A DNA stretch of 64,000 bases. Source: Octopus vulgaris. Lineage: Eukaryota. Position 1 is the stretch's first letter. Each line of letters begins with the position of its first letter. Shown piece after piece: positions 13,130 through 26,467 of the stretch. The stretch lies in contig OX597820.1 of assembly GCA_951406725.2 (NCBI GenBank), forward strand, positions 88,412,001 through 88,476,000. Reading direction: 5' to 3'. The translations under genes and the position numbers were made by a program. The notes under the pieces were generated by a model, which had not been told where the DNA came from, searched no databases, and worked only from the letters and a program-made list of their open reading frames with translations.

Positions 13130-13540
13130 TCAGGTGACTTGTCCAGACCAGTGCAATCTCTTCCACACCAGATGTCGCAATTGAACGATGCAGTGTGAAT
13201 GTCTGGCCTGGCTGTTAATTACATTGGTCTTTCGCTAGCTGCAGTACTTCATTTGCACAGACCACACCTACGGATTATGATAGCTGTAGCTTGCTAACTG
13301 AACTGGTTGAGGCAAGCCGTAGACCGTTTGTTGTCTGTTCATCTGCTCAGGATCGAGTGATATTTGTCATTGGTTCAATTCAATAGGATATATTTGTCAA
13401 AATATTTCACATCCACCAAGCTGCATCCCAAGATTTCAACGAGGTTACATGCTATCTAACCCCATAAATGGGATCTAAAAAGGTGCTATAACTCGGTGTC
13501 AGAGGAGACCTGGAAATAACAGTTACTAAGAGGTGGTTTC

Positions 13541-13845
13541 ACACTTCCGTGCCTGTAAAGTTTATCGCGAACAGGCAGCGCTCCTCGGTAGCACTGCCAG
13601 GCAAGGGATTTCTGGAAGTTATTCATAGGCCCAGGCCCGAAAGTTCTCCGAAACAGACCGGTTAGTTGATCTTCATCGACGCCCAGAGTTTTCCCGTGAA
13701 CGTCGTTGCACTTTCCCTACATAAGCCCTCTATAGAACGCTAGAGTAGAACTAACACCGACCGCATTGCCCGCCTTGCGGAGAGCTGTGAGCGCTTGACA
13801 GTACTCGAGGTGCCAAGCGCCCCTCCTCGGTCTACGCCTACAATA
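13541..13845 (-). pseudogene. Tx1/L1-clade ORF2 C-terminal-region fragment
   Basis: Translates as RRGAWHLEYCQAL...TLAFYRGLM*GK...LFRRTFGPGPMNNFQKSLAWQCYRGALPVRDKLYRHG. Homologous to 27005-27270 (+). Confidence 0.75.
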
Positions 13846-14137
13846 ATAATGTAATAGTTTCTATTTCCTCTTCCTAAAGTAATTGTTATATCTTCTGTCT
13901 TTTCATTCAATTAATAAGTTGAATGGGTGACTGTTTGTGGATGTGTAGACGTGCATGAGTGTGTGTGTGCGTGCGTGCGAGCGTGCATGAGTGTGTCTGC
14001 AAGAAAGAGAGAGAAAGAGAGGATAGAGAATACTGATAGCACTTCCTTACCAATTCTCATTGCTCTACATAACGACACTTACACTAATATAGATGCAGAC
14101 ACTAGGTATATAAATACATATGTATATGTTTGTATAA

Positions 14138-14168
<31 letters not shown>

Positions 14169-14189
14169 CCTATATACATACATATATAG

Positions 14190-14423
14190 TTAAGTTAAGT
14201 TAATTTTTTGACTCAAAAAGCAAAAAGCAAGGCCATGTAGGGGGACATGGAGTTATGTACTGGGAGGGTGTTCATGCAAAGACTTCAGGCCATTTCTGGT
14301 CAAGAGAGACTTTGAACCGAGCAGTCGTCGGTATCTTCACTATCTCGTCCGGCAGCTTATTCCATGGATCCGCAACCCGGACGGAGAAAGCCCCTCTCCT
14401 TCGATTGAGATGAAATCGTCGCA
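14190..14423 (-). mobile_element. CR1-clade LINE 3' end
   Basis: RRGAFSVRVADPWNKLPDEIVKIPTTARFKVSLD matches the CR1 C-terminal FS.RV...WN.LP motif. Short 3' UTR ending in (TTAAC)n. Confidence 0.85.
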
Positions 14424-14545
14424 GACACACATACACATATATACACGTGTACACATACACAACCATACACACACATGAATACCTACACTACTTACACACA
14501 CCTTATACATATATACTGACATACATACATACATACATACATACA

Positions 14546-14579
<34 letters not shown>

Positions 14580-15093
14580 CATACATATATACATACATAC
14601 ACATGCTTTCACACGTATACTTAACCAATTTCAATAGAATTATATTTCGGGTTTAAATACCATTTCAACATCCCCAACACACATACACACACACATACAC
14701 ACATGCACCCGTACCAACGCATACATACACACGCTTGTGCATGTGTTTATATATGAACGCTCACGCGCGTATGTGTGTATGCTTGTGTGCACATGCATGT
14801 ACATATGGACATATATATGTTTGTATATGCATGTATATGTATGAATGTATATATGTATGTATGTATGTATGTATGAGTCAGTGTGTACACATTTAAGAAT
14901 ATATACATGAGAAATCAGAGAGATATTTCCTAATCGAAATATTGCTCTCTACTAATAGCACAAGGCCGGAAATTTGCCCAGCGTGCTAATGATTCTGTCA
15001 CCTCACCGCCTTACTAAGCGAAATAGTAAGTGAAAAAAGAGACTGGAAGATGGAAATATTTGCAATGACGTAGGTACTTGTCTTCCATCAACA

Positions 15094-15506
15094 TCTATAA
15101 AGCTGAAATGCGAAAACGTTGTTTGATTTCTTGGCTATTTGTCTCATTTGGGGATGGGAACGGTTTAAGGGGCGGTAGATGGGATCGGATTGGCGCCAAA
15201 AATGGTGTGAGGAGAGTTGCCATGTTTGGTTGCCATGGTGAGGAATATGGAAAAAATTGAGTTTTATGTGATAGACAGGTTGCGCTGTTTGCATTATGGT
15301 GGCTTTTCGTGTTGCTGCAGGAGCTAGAGGCGCTTATCTTTAATTGTGGGTGTAACAAATTGGGGGATTTTGGAAAGGTGGGTAAAGAATAGGGCAATAA
15401 AAAGAACCAGGTAAAGAAGACGAACAAAAGAAGAAAGGGAAACGGAGACAACACGCACAAAACACCACCACCAAAAACCGAGCGAAGCACGGGTCAAAAT
15501 AGCTAG
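15094..15506 (+). mobile_element. Non-autonomous Helitron (family 2)
   Basis: A|TCTATAAAG start, subterminal hairpin CCGAGCGAAGCACGG, CTAG|T end. Confidence 0.7.
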
Positions 15507-15734
15507 TCTTATATATTATTAGCTATACAATGGCCAAACAGAAGAGCCGCTACATAGTCACCATAACTCTAGAAATAGCAGCTAAATATTCCTGAAATCA
15601 TAATCTATTGAAACAAAATGAGAAGGATACAATAGTTTAATCCTAGCAATATATGCGGTCCCATAGCGTACAGTCATTACTAGTGAAATAATTTCTTCGT
15701 AGTATTTGGTGGGATTAGAGATTCGGATTTAGAA

Positions 15735-16120
15735 TAAAGGTGTTCTTCCGAAGGGTTTTTGGAATAGCGTTACTCGATGGAGTGCATAGCTCGGCGATCA
15801 GAGAGGCACTCCAGCTAGAGCCACATACTTCTCCGAATTGAGAGATCACAGCTTTGATACTATAGACATGTGGGAAGAAGGGAAGAATGTCTCGAGAAGG
15901 GATTGCTGAATGTTTTACGGGCAAAACTAACCGGCAGAAGACCCAGGGGTAGACCACGAGCAAGATGGTTAGATAACATCCATGAGTTCAGTTGGTTTCG
16001 CTTGGGGATCCAGCCGGATCAATTGGAGACGGTTGCTTCTGATAGGACCCAATAGAAGGCGTACTTGAGGACTCTGTCCCTAATACCCTCCAAGGATAAG
16101 TGGGCGAAGAAGATGAGATG
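15735..16120 (+). mobile_element. RTE-clade LINE 3' end (Expander/Rex3-like)
   Basis: FFRRVFGIALLDGVHSSAIREAL..LLRIERSQL, then AKLTGRRPRGRPRARWLDNI...RLGI, with frameshifts. Confidence 0.85.
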
Positions 16121-16658
16121 ATTAAAAGAATAAAGGAAAAGTTGCAAAGAATACAATTTTCATTAAGTTTTCATTTCCCTTACTTATTACGAAATTCTTA
16201 TATAACCGGAGGAATATTGATTAAACATTTAATTAAGCGAAATATTTCTAATAGATAGAAAATTATTTCTATTGGAAAGAAATTTATGGTTTATTTTTCT
16301 TTTCTTTTTTCTTTCATTTCCTTCATCGAGCGTTAGTAGATTAGCAATTCTAACAATACAATGTCTCTTGTCATCGTTGTTTCTTCATACATCGCTCTAG
16401 TGCTTCTCTTTACCATCTTTGTCTAGATTTATCAATGTCACTTCGCCATTTGCTCTATCGATGACTAGAGCTTCATTTATAGTTTCTGAAATTCCAGGTG
16501 GTTAACACTCCTGATGATTGGACTGCTGTCTGTTATTCTCGTCAAATGAGCCGCCTAGTTTTACTTCAACTTGTTTATATCTTCAAGAATGTCTGTGATG
16601 TCTGTCTGCTTCCGCAACCATTGCACTGTTCGCCTGTCCCTTCATCTATTGTTTAGCA

Positions 16659-16790
16659 CAGTCATGAGCACCCTGCGGCCTAGGGGACTTTTTGAATGGC
16701 ACACTATACGAAAAAATTACTTTCAACAGTCTTAGTAGTGCGGCCCGCCAGATGATGGACCCGTTTCTCGGAAAAGGTTGCCCATGCCTG
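16659..16790. mobile_element. hAT (Charlie-like) MITE
   Basis: Ends CAGTCATGAGCACCCT / AGGTTGCCCATGCCTG; 8-bp flanks GTTTAGCA / GCTTAACA. Confidence 0.65.
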
Positions 16791-16874
16791 GCTTAACATA
16801 GGTTTCCTTAAGATCATTGCATTGTTCTTAAATTATGGCTGAGCTATTTGTCCACATTCCAGATTTATGAACCA

Positions 16875-17272
16875 CTAGCAGTATCGCCCGGCGTTGCTCG
16901 GGTTTGTAAGGGAAATAACCATATAAGCATTTTTAGAGTTATAGCCAAAAAATTTTTTTTTTTAAATGCATTAAAAATGGAAAAAAAATGATGGTAATTT
17001 TTTTTTAAATCGTTGACTCATCGTAGACATTTTAGAGAGTTACTTCCCTTATATAATAGCAGAAAAAATGCATTAAAATGGAAAAAAATGATGGTAAATT
17101 ATTTTTAAAATCGTAGACTCATCGTAGACGCGCGCTAGTACCTAGAAGGGCTCGATATGAATCACGACTATAAGATACCCGCTTTTGGTTACACTGCACC
17201 GCAAAATGTGGGAGTAGTTAGGATTCTAAATCGTAGGAGACAGACACACAACTTCACTTTTATATATAAAGG
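16875..17272 (-). mobile_element. Non-autonomous Helitron family 1
   Basis: Minus strand ends CCCGAGCAACGCCGGG-CGATACTG-CTAG|T. Same termini as the copies at 22507, 23828 and 59351. Confidence 0.9.
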
Positions 17273-17881
17273 TATGTCACAGCTCATAGTAGGCATCATT
17301 CAATTCATCGTTTCGGAGTTATGGTGATACTGAGCTTGAAAAGGATGCAAGCTCAGCGGGAAGTCTGCCACCACAGCGTAATTCTGCGCTAGTTCTTCGC
17401 TTTCTTGTACTGCATTACTGAGATTTCTTGACTTAAGTCGATATAATAGTCAACCTTCCTTAATGGTTTCATTCTCTACATTTTCGCAGTTTCCTCGTCC
17501 AGTTTTTCGTTTGTCATTATCTCTTTTATTTCTTTTTTTTTTTTCTTTTCTAACTTCACATGAAGACTGGCCGTTGATTGCGTTATTGAGTTAGCGACAA
17601 AATAACAGTCCGAAAACCGGACGCAAGCGTGTACGTGGTGTGTCTGTATGTGTATGTGTGTGTGAGTGTGTGTATGTGTGTGTGTATGTGCGTGTGAGTT
17701 CTTACATGTATTTGTATGCATAATTACATATATTCATCTACATTGGTATGTACTTTTACGTGACCTGATGTATGCATGCAGGCAAGCACAGATACGTACA
17801 CACCACACACACACATTTATGTATGTATGTATGTATGTATGTATGTATGTATGTATGTATGTATGTATGTATGTATGTATG

Positions 17882-17926
<45 letters not shown>

Positions 17927-18222
17927 GTTTGTCTGTCTGTCTATCTGTCTACCTAAGCCATCACTGTATTTAAATCCAGTTCCTGTCTTGATTACTTCTA
18001 TGTGAAATAAAAATAAATAGATAAAAATAACCAGCCTGACTGCAGTTTAAATAGCATTATTTTGACAAGTATGTCAGCTTCCACGAACGTACCTTATGCA
18101 TTTTTTCAAGCCTAATATTTAGGGATTTAGTCATTTCTGTCTATCTAAGCCATTTACGAAACTATCCATATTATGTTCTACTTTACCTGATAAAGTTATA
18201 TTTTCTTCAATAATATATATTG

Positions 18223-18436
18223 ATTTCGAATTTTGGCACATTGCCAGCAAGATCGAGGGATTGGGTAAGTCGATTACTTCGACCACAGTAATCAACTCTA
18301 ATTCTTATTTTATCGATACCGGAAGGATGAAAGACAAAGTCAATCCCGGCAGAATTTGAACTCAGTACGTAAGGACGTACGGAATGCCGCGAAGCATTTT
18401 GCCCGGCGCACTAACGATTCTGCCAGTTCACCGCCT
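18223..18436 (-). mobile_element. SINE family B, older copy
   Basis: GGATGAAAGACAAAGTCAA...GAATTTGAACTCAG...GCCAGTTCACCGCC. Confidence 0.8.
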
Positions 18437-18568
18437 CCTTCCGTAGTATATGTTAAGATTATAAATTTCACGTTCAATTAGATTTGCATGAATACATTTT
18501 TGTCCCAATTTTTTCTCTCCCTTTCTTTTTGATTTGTAATATTTAGCACTTATTTTTTTTTTGCGTAG

Positions 18569-18880
18569 CCGAATTTCGTCTGCCGTTACGTTCTGAGTTC
18601 AAATTCCGCCGAGGTCGACTTTGCCTTTCATCCTTTCGGGGTCGATAAATTAAGTACCAGTTACGCACTGGGGTCGATGTAGTCGACTTAATCCGTTTGT
18701 CTGTCCTTGTTTGTCCCCTCTGTGTTTAGCTCCTTGTGGGTAGTCAAGAAATAGGTATTTTAAAGGCGGTGAGCTTGCAGAAACGTTAGCACGCCAGGCG
18801 AAATGCTTAGCAGTATTTCGTCTGCCGCTACGTTCTGAGTTCAAATTCCGCCGAGGTCGACTTTGCCTTTCATCCTTTTT
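18569..18880 (+). mobile_element. SINE family B tandem (headless unit followed by a second, truncated copy)
   Basis: TTTCGTCTGCCG-TACGTTCTGAGTTCAAATTCCGCCGAGG occurs twice. Confidence 0.85.
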
Positions 18881-18884
18881 TTGC

Positions 18885-19130
18885 GAGATGTCGTTATTGA
18901 CAAACAACAGCAGTAATTTTATTCAGCTGAATACACGTCATTGACTGGCTGAAATTACCGAAATACGATAACTTTAACACGAAATAACTTCGTAAATAGA
19001 AACTTTTCTCAACAACGCTAAGAGTAAAAGATGTTTTATATGACGCATTCTACCAGTGTCCAAAGTTTGAAAGTGTTTAGTTACCAAAAATTAATTTCTC
19101 GATCTGCCGATGAAAGTGAAAAGATTCCTA
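18885..19130. mobile_element. Single arm of the GGATC-ended foldback MITE family
   Basis: CAGCTGAATACACGTCATTGA...AACTTTAACACGAAATAACTTC matches the arms at 53434-54160, 40457-40700 and 61500-61780. Confidence 0.75.
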
Positions 19131-19278
19131 TGTTTAGCCCCCTGTGGGCAATAGAGAAATAAATATTTAGCACTTTTGGTATGATTACACTGCTGAACAG
19201 GTGTTGATAGCAATAGTTGCCTTATTCAATAATTCAGTCGATGAGTAACAAGTAGACATGCATGCTTTAGGTGTATAT

Positions 19279-19945
<667 letters not shown>

Positions 19946-20221
19946 AATCAGGACTCACACCATTAGCCACAAAGAATAATCTCTAATTCGAGCCTACTCT
20001 AAGCTACTAAGAACGCGTGTGGCAACTTGAAGATCCACACGCAATAGACTGGCGGTTGCACGGGTGCGAAAGCTACATTGTTATCCTCATTCCGTAAACG
20101 GTGACTTTTTTTACGGGTGGAGAGCTGAACCATCCTGGGGTAGAGAGGATTCGGAATCTAGACTAGGGTCTGAAAGTTTTACCACACCATAGTGCGTTAT
20201 ACCATGGTTCCTCTGTTTTGT

Positions 20222-20849
20222 GACAGAAGTAGGAAGAAAGAGTGAGAGAAAGTTCTGGTGAAAGAGTACAGCGGGGTTCACCAATCCACCCCCTGCTGGA
20301 GCCTCGTGGAGCTTACTCTTTTACTCTTTTACTCTTTTACTCTTTTACTTGTTTCAGTCATTTGACTGCGGCCATGCTGGAACACCGCCTTTAGTCGAGC
20401 AAATCGACCCCAAGACTTATTCTTTGTAAGCCCAGTACTTATTCTATCGGTCTCTTTTGCCGAACTGCTAAGTGACGGGGACGTAAACACACCAGCATCA
20501 GTTGTCAAGCAATGCTAGGGGGACAAACACAGACACACAAACATATACACACACACTTATATATATATATACATATATACGACGAGCTTCTTTCAGTTTC
20601 CGTCTACCAAATCCACTCACAATGCATTGGTCGGCCCGGGGCTATAGCAGAATTTAAAAGCCCAAGATGCCACGCAGTGGGACTGAACCCGGAACCATGT
20701 GGTTGGTTAGCAAGCTACTTACCACAGAGCCACTCCTGCGCCTGGTACTTTTTGCGCAATAAACACTCACAATGTCCGATCTGCGAATCGAAACCGCGTT
20801 CGTACGACCGCGAGTCCGCTGCCCAAACCACTGGGTCATTGTGCCTCCA
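20222..20849 (-). mobile_element. SINE family D split by a nested family A SINE (20315-20743, -)
   Basis: The flanks ...CTCGTGGAGCTT | GGTACTTTTTGCGCAATAAAC... rejoin to match the family D copy at 81-380. Confidence 0.85.
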
Positions 20850-21489
20850 TTGTCGTTGTTGTTGTCGTCGCTGTTGGCATCGTCGTTGTTGGTGTCGTTG
20901 TCTTTTGAAGTTCACTTTCCGTAGCTTAATTGAATCTGACAAAATTCGTTGAAACAAGCTCACTACGACCGGATTCTTTTCCAGTCGCTAACACTCGACT
21001 ATTTCCAAATAAAATAGTATTCTCTCTCCTACTCCTTCCAACAAAGAGTGCAGGCTGATCCCCCCCCACACACACACACACAGAGGCGTACTGAAACAAA
21101 CAAGCTCACACGCACACGAAGACAAACGCGCACACACACACACACGCATAATTATTGATTTATTACTATTATTAGACGTTAAGATGCATTCCTTTACATT
21201 CCTATATTGCCATCTTATAGCTGTTATGTTTTTTTTTAAATCATATATATGTAGATATAATGGTAATGCATAGATCGTACTTGTATACAAAATCCCATAA
21301 TCCTGGTATGAATATATATCTGTAAACAAATTGATCCCAGGCCACGCACGCGTCTCTACGTATGTAAATAAAAGCATATGTATGTATTTTTGATGTGTGC
21401 ATATATGCATATATATATATATAAATAGATGTGTGTATTTTTCCCCTTTTCAAAAATATGCATGTATATATATATACATATATATATAT

Positions 21490-21905
21490 ACTCTTTACTC
21501 TTTTACTTGTTTCAATCATTTGACTGCGGCCATGCTGGAGCACCGCCTTTTGTCGAGCAAATCGACCCCAGGACTTATTCTATGTAAGCCTAGTACTTAT
21601 TCTATCGGTCTCTTTTGCCGAACCGCTAAGTTACGGGGACGTAAACACACAAGCATAGGTTGTCAAGCGATGTTGGGGGGACAAACACAGACACACAAAC
21701 ATATACACACACACACACACATATATATATATACATATACTCGACGTGTTTCTTTCAGTTTCCGTCTACCAAATCCACTCACAAGGCTTTGGTCGGCCCG
21801 AGGCTATAGTAGAAGACACTTGCCCAAGGTGCCACGCAATGGGACTGAACCCAGAACCATGTGGTTGGTAAGCAAGCTACTTACCACACAACCGCTTCTG
21901 CGCCT
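21490..21905 (-). mobile_element. SINE family A, full length
   Basis: Near-identical to 2161-2601 in reverse complement. Confidence 0.9.
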
Positions 21906-22154
21906 ATATATATATATATATATATATATCCCGAAACCAGACTGGTCTGCTGGTCTCGTCACTAGAAGGTGGTAGGGCTTCGCTCCTCTGCTCGCAATAT
22001 CTCGGAGTAGCTGTGCATCGTTAACCAGCCAGAGGAGATGTCGTCTTAAGGTAAAATAAAAAATTTAAAAAAAGGGAGTGCCATGTTAAAGGGGGCTACG
22101 AACTACTATGTTGATCTCTTAGAGAGATTTTAGAACTCGCATTTGATATATATA

Positions 22155-22195
<41 letters not shown>

Positions 22196-22198
<3 letters not shown>

Positions 22199-22498
22199 GG
22201 CGCATGGCTCAGTGGTTAATATTTCGAATCCCGGACCGGCTGCGTGTTGTGTTCTTGAGCAAGAGACTTTATTTCACGTTGCTTCAGTTCACTAAGTTCT
22301 AAAAATGAGTTGCGACGTCACAGGTGCCAAACTGTATCGGTCTTTGCCTTTCCCTTGAATAACACTGGTGGCGTGGAGAGGAGAAGCTGGTATGCATAAA
22401 TAAGCTGGTCTTCCATAAACAACCTTGCCCGGACTTGTGCCTGAGAGGGTAACTTTCTAGGTGCAATCCCATGGTTAGTCATGACCCAAGGGGGTCTC
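22196..22498 (+). mobile_element. SINE family C
   Basis: GAAGGCGCATGGCTCAGTGG head with internal deletion, GTGTTCTTGAGCAAG CORE-like motif, tail ...CATGACCCAAGGGGGTCT. Confidence 0.85.
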
Positions 22499-22506
22499 AG
22501 CATATA

Positions 22507-22878
22507 TCTTTATATATAAAAGTCAAGTTGTGTGTCTGTCTCCTACGATTTAGATTCCTAACTACTCCCACATTTTGCGGTGCAGTTTAACCAAAACCGG
22601 GTATCTTATAGTCGTAATTCATATCGAGCCCTTCTGGGTATTAGCGCGCGTCTACGATGAGTCTACGATTTAAAAAAAAAATTACCATAATTTTTTTCCA
22701 TTTTAATGCATTTTTTCGCTATTATATAAGGGAAGTAACTCTCTAAAAATGTCTACGATGAGTCAACGATTTTCCATTTTTTATGAATTTTTTTGCTATT
22801 TTTTGGCTATAACTTTCTAAAAATGCTTATATAGTTATTTCCCTTACAAACCCGAGCAACGCCGGGCGATACTGCTAG
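22507..22878 (+). mobile_element. Non-autonomous Helitron family 1
   Basis: A|TCTTTATATATAAAA start; hairpin plus CTAG|T end. Confidence 0.9.
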
Positions 22879-22972
22879 TATATATATATATATAAGTATA
22901 TATATATATACATTCGTACATATACACATACATACTTACATGCGTACATGTGTGTGTGTGTGTGTGTGTGTA

Positions 22973-23008
<36 letters not shown>

Positions 23009-23528
23009 AGGTTCAGGCAAAATAACGGCAATACCACTTTTCATTTAACTATTTTCTTCTATTGGCAATATGACAAACTTTATACTCTTCAAGTCAGTAT
23101 ATATACGTTCATACACACTATATAAGCCTTCTTCCCCTTCATGAAATATCGCCCTGATTTTCTTTTCTTCCTTTTTTTTGCAGCTTTTGCAGATATATAT
23201 ATATAAATGATTTTTTAAAAATACTGGATTGCAGGTGGCAGGAGCTGCACTTATTAAAACTGTTGAATTGTTTAATATTTCGGAATTTGCAGTCCCTAAA
23301 ATCTGGTTGTCGTTTATATTCTAAAGTAAAATCAATTCTGGCATACACACGTGATTCATTGCTGTAAGAGGAATTCGGGATACCTCGATGTTTTGATTTA
23401 TTATGTACCTCCTCAGTGGAAGCCATCTCTCTGACCGACAATAGCATGAACTCCTGTTTATAGGAATCAACAAATAAATCATCTGAGGGAGAAGTTGTTC
23501 TTCGTTGACGACAGGCAGTAGCAACGAT

Positions 23529-23715
23529 CATAAGCGCGGGAACAAAATTTTGCTTTGGGGCTGCAAACCCAGGCCCAAAAGGTTTTACAAACAAGGTCGA
23601 TATTTTCAAAACACTCACATATAATAATATCAATCATTATTATTATTATACTGTCTATCAAAAATTTCAGTGGGGTGCGCTTTCACATCCTGCAACTCCT
23701 GTTCCCGAGCCAATG
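23529..23715. mobile_element. hAT-type MITE with 8-bp target-site duplication
   Basis: Imperfect TIRs CATAAGCGCGGGAAC / GTTCCCGAGCCAATG; flanks GCAACGAT (23521-23528) and ACAACGAT (23716-23723). A related element appears at about 31570-32110. Confidence 0.8.
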
Positions 23716-23827
23716 ACAACGATCGGGATATTCACGTTAAAATCAGCCAGACTGTAATTGCTAATGAATGGATGCGTTATTGCTTCGATTCTCTCTGTCC
23801 TGCGTACGTTCCATGGATTATCATCTA

Positions 23828-24220
23828 CTAGCAGTATCGCCCGGTGTTGCTCGGGTTTGTAAGGGAAATAACTATATAAGCATTTTTTGAGATGTAAAGT
23901 ATAATAGCCATCTCATTATGGTTAACCACAAAGGGGGGGGTGTTACTGTAGCTTTTTACGTTCTGAGATTTAATAATACATTTTTAGAGAGTTACTTCCC
24001 TTATATAATAGCAGAAAAATTCATTACAAATGGGAAAAAATGATGGTAAATTTTTTTTTAATCGTAGACTCGTAAACGCGCGCTAATACCCAGAAGGGCT
24101 CGATATGAATCACGACTATAAGATACCCGCTTTTGGTTGAACTGCACCGCAAAATGTGGGAGCAGTTAGGAATCTAAATCGTAGGAGACAGACACACAAC
24201 TTCACTTTTATATATAAAGA
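23828..24220 (-). mobile_element. Non-autonomous Helitron family 1
   Basis: A|CTAGCAGTATCGCCCGG ... TATATAAAGA|T; inserted at an AT site with no duplication. Confidence 0.9.
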
Positions 24221-24530
24221 TTTGGAAGACATCAAGGCGCATCAGCAAATGATTTGTTCCTCGATATCTATAAGCAAGAGCTCTTGTTCTCGTTAATCCA
24301 TTGGTCCGAGGGGTGGTTTTTGATTGAGGACGCACTCAATAAGGTCGAAACGGTGTCTTAAGTCACCTTATGCCGGTGAATCGTATCTTTGCGTATATCG
24401 GCAAGAAGCTTCTGTTGACGAAAAGCGGCAGCGATCACATATGTTCGAATCTGCCAGACCGCTTTGAGAATAAATAAAATGGGTGCATTAGTAACGATAT
24501 CACTTCTATTCCTCTTACTGGCTCCACCAA

Positions 24531-24602
<72 letters not shown>

Positions 24603-24656
24603 GTCTGTCTGTCTCGCTCTATATATATATTATACACGCGCGCACACACACATATG

Positions 24657-24702
<46 letters not shown>

Positions 24703-24777
24703 CGCGTATGTATGTGTGTATGTTTGTGTGTATAGCTAGATAGATGCATGGATAGACAAACAGGTACGCATTAGATT

Positions 24778-24830
<53 letters not shown>

Positions 24831-24833
24831 ATC

Positions 24834-24967
<134 letters not shown>

Positions 24968-25087
24968 CAGATAGATAGATAGGTAGGTAGACACATATAT
25001 GCAAATATATATATTTAAATGTATATCTAAACTTAATAACCATGATAGAAATTTACACAGTGCCTTCGAAGGCCTTCATTCACATCC

Positions 25088-25170
<83 letters not shown>

Positions 25171-25417
25171 CGCACACACGCACACTCACACACGCGCTCT
25201 CACCCACACGTACCTACTCACATATCCCACCTTTCCACCTACACAAACACCGCCCACTACACATACCAAAGTGTCCTTTTCCAACAGGCAAATAACGACC
25301 AATCAATATTGCTGGCTTTTCCAACGGCGAACATCGTTGTAGCGGATAACTGCAAATTCTGATAAATTCTTCGCTTTCTGACACGCATATACTTCCACCT
25401 ATATATGCTCATACAAT

Positions 25418-25448
<31 letters not shown>

Positions 25449-25645
25449 TATGAAATATATATGCATTCGCTACACGGCCAGCACGCGCGCACACGCGTTG
25501 TCAAATTATAAATGTGTGGATGCATGAACGCAGCTACTTCTCCGTCATTTTTATCCACTCGAAGAAGCAACAAAGTGCATACGTCCGCGCACAGATATCT
25601 GTGTGCGTGCATGCGTGCATGCGTGTAGGCGTGCGGGTGTATATA

Positions 25646-25704
<59 letters not shown>

Positions 25705-26467
25705 AAATATATATATTTAAAAGAAAAAAAAACTTTAAAAAATAATAAAAGGCGGTGCTCCAGCATGGCCGCAGTCAAATGACTGAAACAAGTAAAAAAA
25801 ATATATATATGTATGCTTATATATAAATGATGTATGTGTGCGCGCGCGTGTGTGTGTGCGCGTGTATATGTGTGTGCGCGTGTATGTGTGTGTGTGTGTG
25901 TGTGTTGTATGTGTGTGTGTGTATGTGTGTGTGTGTGTGTATGTGTGTGTGTGTGTGTGTATGTGTACGTGTGTGTGTGCATGTGTATGTAGGTATGTCG
26001 GTCGGTATGTATGTATATGTGACACGTCCCGCAATCTTCTTCGACTTCCCTTTTACGAAAATAGACAGACAGACAGACACGCACACACACACACACACCA
26101 CGTGATCAATATTTTCGCATTATTTGCTCTTGTTGCTAGGACAATCCCCCTTGTCTTTTCCCACAGCTCAAACCTCGTGATCAGCAGCACTATATAGCAT
26201 TCACAAAGCCAGCAGTTTCAGAAAATAATTACTTCCCTAAATATTTGCACCTTCTCGTAGTCACACACGCGCGCGAGCACACACACGCAGGCACACACAC
26301 ACATAATACATACACACACACACAAACTCTCTCTCTCTCACACACACGCACACACACAGAATACTGACTAGCATATCATTCAAACATAACGCTCCGCAAG
26401 TTTGACAATACTACACCTATCTTGCCAATCGCCCTTGTAAAGAATATGAAATCATTATTTATTATTT

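Larger units (their letters stand above)
16350..17470 (-). pseudogene. Decayed RTE LINE remnant interrupted by a hAT MITE and a Helitron
   Basis: RDRRTVQWLRKQTDITDILEDINKLK*N*AAHLTR resembles the RTE C-terminal 'IRKQT.V.DI...I...KW.WAGH..R' motif. Confidence 0.6.

Noticed and set aside
12300-13480. Faint RT-like traces (ATFID..., ILGCSLVDVKYF)
   Set aside because: Too decayed to assign family, strand or boundaries by eye.
21397-21975. Recurrent peptides such as FSFRLPNPLTRLWSARGYSRRHLPKVP and RKDERQSRPRRNLNSE
   Set aside because: Translations of SINE families A and B; the recurrence reflects repeat copy number, not a protein family.
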